Assembly: GCA_004764695.1 (NCBI GenBank)
Contig: SMSO01000031.1
Location: 5,370,436-5,434,435, forward strand
Source: Schizochytrium sp. TIO01
Taxonomy: Eukaryota > Protista > Bigyra: Labyrinthulomycetes
DNA length: 64,000 nucleotides
Direction of reading: 5' to 3'
Part shown: positions 57,801-64,000 of the stretch, in pieces
Layout of the letters: each line of letters begins with the position of its first letter
Numbering within the stretch: position 1 is the stretch's first letter
Notes under the pieces: model-generated
The model's input: the letters and a program-made list of their open reading frames with translations, nothing else
Databases searched by the model: none
Told to the model about the DNA's origin: nothing
Program-made: the position numbers and the translations under genes

Positions 57801-59139
57801 TAGGCACCGAGAGGCGTATGAGGGTCGCGAGCAGCAAGTATAAGGTGGGTTGGACTCGAAGTTAAACTTGGCGTTTGCGAACGGCGGTGCATTGAAAGCT
57901 GCAAAATACCTCTTCGTCTCTCCTTTCCCCTCCTTTTTAGGGTATAGTTTTTCTAAAACGAAGACCCTGCTGCAAAAGCAGCTCGGCTGAGAATCTGCTA
58001 ATCATAGCATTATCGATGGTGCCACAACATGCAACAAACCTCTCGTTGGAGCAAAGAAGGACCTGAGAAGGCAATCCTTTGGTCTAAACACTTGGTTGAA
58101 TAAGCCCCGAACTGGATATATGTAAAAGGAATCGAAATAAAGCTTCACTGTGTGTCGTTCGTTTTTCTATTCGCTGGGTCCCAAGCATCGATCAAAATCT
58201 CAAAAGCATCCTCGGAGCTTTGGAAACGATAACTGGTAGGCTGATGACATGTTCTACAGGCTAGCCTCGTAGGCGGCCTCATTGTCAGACTAGTGAAAGC
58301 CTCGTCACTTCCCTTCGCAGATGTTTAAGCGATCCCAGTATTTGGCAAATAATGGAGATCTTAGCATCCTTTTTACAATGTGCAGTTTTGTTTATCTTTG
58401 AATAAAGGCCGTGTATTCATGATGCTATTCGTGGCGGAATCAAACTTAAATTCGCTATCCTCCATTCTTCTGCACTGACAATTAGAAAGGCATGTATGTG
58501 AAGAAGATAAATCAGCTCAACATGAAAAGATACCTCAAGGTAGAAGAGAATCAAATCTCTCGAGTTGATTGAATTAGGTAGAGTCGCATCCCTTTTACTT
58601 TGCTCTCAATTTAAAGTTTTCTCTCCGCGAAGGGAGCCGAGAAATTCTCAGACCTTCATTATCAAAACAAAACATTCCTACACCAGTTTTTATTTACATA
58701 GTTTACTGCTAAGTCATAGAAGGTACAATAACAGTATCGGGGTTTAAAATTTTCTTTCTCGCGAAATGGAGTGTTAAAAATTATTTTTAAAAATAGGGAA
58801 GACTTTGAAGAATGACTTCGCTTTTGCCATTTTGTATGGAATTGCACTTGCACAAGATCAATAATAACAGTAGAAATCCATCTGCCCAGCACCAACAAAC
58901 AAGAGATTATGCGGTTCGCTCTTTCGTGCGACCGGGACTTGACAGAATTTTCAGGATGCTTATCTCCTTTCCTCAAATCGAATGTTGTGAGAAACGTTTA
59001 CCTTCTCCTTTGCTTTAATTAAACTATCCTTCTTCTTATTATTCTCTACTGTCTTTATAATATTATCGTCCGTGGCGGTGATCGATGGTTTTCAATTTTC
59101 AATTTTCTGACTGTTTTTGTTTGTTTTTGTTTTTTTACT

Positions 59140-59173
59140 CTTAAATTAAATTAAATTAAATTAAATTAAATTA
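59140..59173. repeat. (TTAAA)n microsatellite
   Basis: ttaaattaaattaaattaaattaaattaaatta. Confidence 0.85.
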
Positions 59174-62100
59174 TACTAAAACAAAAAAACATCCATCAAT
59201 CAAAATAAAGCCTATCTGCAACTCCTACTTGTACTTGGTAGTTAGCCTCGTAACAAACACTAAGAAAGTGTGTGGCATTGTGCTGGTGAAGAATTTGTAT
59301 AAAGAAGGCGCATCGTCACCATCTATCGATCAACGATCATACTGAGAACAGTAGGTAAGCAGCACGTAGCACCTACCTACCCACCTATAGAAGATGCAGA
59401 TGGTTTGATGATGATGATGATGGAGCGATGATATTTTATGAGTCCACGGCAACTCGGCGACCAGGATGACAAGAATCCGCCTGAAGCTTTTAGCAACCTG
59501 AGACAGACCAGCGACGGTATCTGGTGGCCATGGGGAGTATCATGGCACCAATCGTGCGGCAGCCCGGAACCAACGAAAGCATACTGCCAGGAAGCCATGC
59601 GAGCAAGCGGAGAATAAATACTACCCGCTTGCTTCTGCGTAAATACCTAGGTTCTTCATACATACAATTATTGAATGTGCCTAAGTACTAGTCAATTCAT
59701 TAGGTAGATAGGTAGGCAGGCACCTTGTAGTAGGTACTGCTGGTGTCACATTATTGTTTTATTATTATTATTATTATTATTATGAGGCTACTTTTAAAAT
59801 GAAATAAATCGAAATGTTTTCGAAATCTTAGAAGTTGAAAAGAGATCTTCTCCTTTTGCTCTTCTTTTTCAAGTTGAATGACAGAGAATTATGCTATACG
59901 TCAGAAGGTTTTTCGTTTTGATTGTTTTTACAATTCACAATCATAAACTCTAAAGAGGTCACTAGCTAAGTCTAAATGGAAACACAGAGACCTTGTTGGC
60001 ATTTCGATGAATTGCCTCATTCTGAGTAATGACTAGGTAAGTACCCTAACCTCTGTAGGAGTAGAATAGTAGAATGTTGAAATGGTTCGGCGAATGAGCT
60101 TCTTTCCGAACGCTGGTTAGTCTTAGTGGTCTCCGCCGAATGGCAACAACCATAAGAATTATGAACAACGACTATCGCAGTCGCTGCGATGAGTGCAAGA
60201 TTGGCTTGTTTCAGGAGATCCCTCTTTGCTTTGAAGTTGCGATGTAAACACCTAAGTCGCTACTTTATCGATATTGAGTGCATGAAAGTTTATTTCACGA
60301 TAGGCCAGATGAAAGGAAACAGTAACGTTTATGAGTACGTTTGTTTTATCATTAAAAAAATATGTTGTTTGAATTCTTTGAGGCTTTTCTTTCTTTGAGT
60401 TTGCCTGAGTTTGAAATGCAAGAAAAGGTTTGAGCAACGGCAAGCCGTGAAAAGCGACTGGTACACATATTCCAACTCAATCCTCCTATATGTTTACCCG
60501 CCGGATCATCAGTTTGATGTTTGTTGAGGGAGGCAGAAGCTAAAGCTAAAGGTCAGTGACCCCTTATGGTACGAGGTACGAGTTCAAGTGCTTTCGAACA
60601 GATGATGGCTTAGGCATTTTCTTCGTGGAAAAGTAAATGGTAAGTCCCTCCTGTGGTGACACAACACTTTCCGTTGGTCGTGTCGCCACCCGGCATACAG
60701 AAAGTTTGGTTGACAATCAAGCGCCATATATAATCTACAACTCCAAGCTTCAATAAGCTTGAAGCCTTGAAAACCTCAAGTATAGTTTGGCATCCATTCC
60801 ATTCGGGTCGGACGTAGCATACACAGTCAAGTGTCTTTAGTGGTCTTGGTCAAGTCTTCACTTGCTGTATCATTCTCATTTCCATCTACTTTCTTTCGCC
60901 ACGAGAAAAGGCAAGGAGGACTAAGTAAAGGTTAGGAGGGCCTCCGTGGTGGCGTACGTGGGTGGCAGTATCCGCAGTTGTAGCAGAGCTGGGATTTTCC
61001 ATTTTTTCTTGTTTTACTAATATTAAAAAGTAGGTATACTAATACCTATATACCTACTATAGGTAAATAAATAAAACAAAAATACCATGATAACAACTCG
61101 AATCGTAGAAGCGGAAATCAAAGTTCATTTTTTTTTTTCTTGTTTTCTTGGTTTTTTAATTAGGATGCGGTTTCCTAGGTAGCTGGACTGGTCCCTCCAA
61201 AAAAAAAAAACCAAAAAAAAAACATGAAGTTTTTTGGTTGCTGAGAAGGTACTCGTCTTAAGGTTTCGTGTCCAGATGCCATCAACAAAATTAAGCTCTT
61301 AAAAAATAAGTACAATAAGGCATTGCCGGGAATAGGCACGATGATTGACAAACATAAAAGGTGACCGCAGGTGCTAAACTCGGCACTGTTGCCGGAGACA
61401 CACAAAGAGGATATACCTTATAGGTTGTAAATACGTGCGCAGAACAAATTTGTCTGCTTCTAAATAATTCTGACCATGTGACAGCTTGTGCGCTGTCTGA
61501 GCTGAGCATAATAGGACACATGTAGTTTCTATTGAGATGCACTTCCGACGTATAACATACAGCGCTTCAAGAGACATTTGATTCGCATTATTTGGCTCAA
61601 TCTTTGAATGCTTGCAGCATTTAGAATACAACAACGAAAAAAACGTCTTCTCCACTAACCCCATCTTTATGAGTTAAGAGAGGTCTCAATCTGGTTGGCG
61701 CTGTTTTACAGGGCCACCAATGCTAAAAGTATCGATATGGGATGCCCCTAAAAGGTGAAAGAAACGGCAAGGGCTTGATCGTCTAAAGTTTCTTTTCTTT
61801 CTTCTAATAACTTCTGTTCTATAGTAGAAAGCGATTTTGAAAGTAAAAGCAGAGTAAGACTCAGTACCTGTAAAATGATATATTGGCTGTCTCTCCACAC
61901 GGCATTACTATGATTCCGTCTGTTGGCTCGTCTCCAGGTGTGGTACACGAGAGATTTTAGTTTGAAAGAAACCCCCACTCAACACGGCAATCTATTATCT
62001 TGTGACCATTCGAATTTCTCAGGAAGCGAGCGACAGAGCTCAATACACTCCTGTCCTCGAGCACTTGCCGTTCTGACTTGGATCTCTTCTATGTATATCA

Positions 62101-62879
62101 AATCTGCAATTTGCACCGAGAAACACTTTGCGGATCATTATATGAGTCTTATATGCAGTTGGAAAGCGTGTTTTCGTCGATGGTGGCATACGTCGTGTAT
62201 TTGCCTTCAAAGAGGCAGCTAGCTAACAAAAATATGCACTGTGCGAACTCGAGCGGCTGTGCAGACGTTGGAACATCAATGGCAAGTACATAGGGCCCCG
62301 AACAACGGCAGACAAACTCCCGTTCTCCTTCCCAACTTAGAATTCCTCTCCAGATCAATAGTTGTCGCTGGCTTTGCTAATCATGGTTGGTAGCAAAATT
62401 TTGAAGCAGAACTACTTTTAAAACAACATCTACCTTTCTTAGTTCTTTTTAATCCTAAACATATATATTTATAAACATTTTTTCAATTTTAGTTTTAAAA
62501 ATAATGTCAATAAGTCATGAAAGAAAGAAATCAGTCATTCTTTTCTCTTTTTATTTTTTATTTTTAATTAAATTAAACTTTGTTTCAAATTAACAAATTG
62601 TAAATAGTTGTCAGCGCTTAAGTTTCAGGGCCCATAGTCCCTACTACCTACTAGTTCTTTCGCCTAATCGAGAGAGTTGAAAGGATAAAAACTTTATTTC
62701 GCCGGGTTACCGCGCGCCTTTCTCGTCTGCTTTCGCAGTGATGCTGCCTAGCTGACGCGCCCTGCCTTTATTCCAGTTTTATCAACTCGTCGGGCGCATG
62801 CGCACACTTCAATAGTACCCCCTATTGGGCCTCGGTGGCCGAGGAGAATCGTGGGCACCAATGTGACGCGGCGGGTAGA

Positions 62880-63611
62880 CGGCAAAACTATTGCGAGATT
62901 TTTAGGTCGCCGAGACAACGATGATGAAAGGTGAAGCAGGGACAGAAGGAGACACCTTCAATGCAAAGGCGAGAAGAGGCTTTTAGGCTGATAGGAATGG
63001 GCAGAAAGGAAACGTGGGAAGAGCAACAAAGCAAGTATGAAGAGTTTTCGGCTAAATTATGACTTGAGGAGCGCTCGAAAGTTGCCCCAGAGCTAACTAT
63101 TTTTTCTTTGGTATTGTCAAGAATAAGTATAGACAGAAGAAAGGAAATTGTACCGCACGGAGAACAGGTATTATGTCTACTATCTACGACACTACTATCT
63201 CTCGTTGCTTTGCTGAAGTGGGCTGCTCGTAATACTAAATATCGCGAACGAGAATATGAGATCTTTGATGGACTTGTATCTAAAACAACCGAAGGAAACA
63301 AGGCAATGGCTTGAACCGGAGATAAATGAATGATCCAAAGGAGCATTTGAGGGTGATGCTGCGGCCTGATTGCTTCAGACAAAGGGTCTTTTACACCGAG
63401 GCTTCGGAATGGCCCTCCTAAAATGTATGTCAAAACAAGGCCTGCAAATGTCTTGAAGATCTGAATAAAAAGGATGAACTCTGGAACCGATCAATTTGGT
63501 CTTCGAGCTCTCATTCTAGATGAATATGCTCATTTCCGAGTCGGCAATGTGAAAGTAGAAATAGAGAAATCCAGAGCGGAATTAGTTTCACAGTTTGAAA
63601 GGGTGCTATAA
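62880..63611 (+). pseudogene. Decayed coding-like relic of unknown origin
   Basis: Purine-rich, protein-like translation over ~240 codons broken by stops, between AT-rich blocks; no family recognised. Confidence 0.3.
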
Positions 63612-64000
63612 TGATGCTGAATTGCAGAACGCAAACGCAAAACAGAATTGTCACAACGTTGCTAGGGCTTCATGAGATCACCTTAAATGCAGCAATAATA
63701 CTGTTTTTGTCTTCCTCTATTACAACTCCATGAGATATTATTTCGTCAACCTACGGACTTTATTATTCAAAAACAAATAAAATGTTTATAGCACCGCAAG
63801 TCGATCGATCTTTATTTATTATTTATTGTCTATTTAAAATATTAAACAACATTAAACAAAAAACATTTACTTTATATATCTAGAGGCTACCAATGATTAT
63901 ATTTATTTATATTTATTTATATTTATTATTACTATTATATAACAATAAATACGGCTGTTAATTGGCTCGCCGTGAATAGTAGTAGACGTTATAGAAACAC

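Noticed and set aside
56800-59620. Short ORFs in the gene-poor distal region
   Set aside because: Under 105 aa, no motifs, no consistent splice model.

Overview
Eukaryotic, intron-poor, gene-dense chromosomal DNA of moderate GC. Long single-exon genes, a few GT-AG introns with CTAAC/CTAAT branch points, polyQ tracts, (AAAG)n/(TACC)n microsatellites and flagellar genes fit a flagellated stramenopile, probably a thraustochytrid/labyrinthulomycete (inference). About 18 protein-coding genes: a partial WW/coiled-coil gene, CFAP36, a PGP(G)xY sperm-tail repeat protein, PPP4R3/SMEK, a spliced RanBP2-ZnF/IQ/LRR/WW protein, a coiled-coil protein, myotubularin, a SYLF/Ysc84 protein, a transposase-derived gene, BOP1, CSN8-like, Gfo/Idh/MocA oxidoreductase, a 3-exon EF-hand gene, PIH1D2-like, an RFxV/polyQ/zipper protein, UFD1-like, an ALY-type UAP56-binding-motif protein with 27-bp repeats, and a KIX/B56 fusion. 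The last ~9 kb is gene-poor with decayed coding-like relics. Top leads: (1) an intact IS630-Tc1-mariner transposase-derived gene with two of three catalytic residues replaced (candidate domesticated DNA-binding factor); (2) a KIX domain fused to the C-terminal half of a PP2A-B56 subunit; (3) a TSC22D-like RFxV/IDR/zipper adaptor; (4) an RRM-less UBM protein with CDK-site repeats. All family calls come from motif recognition by eye; no database searches were run.
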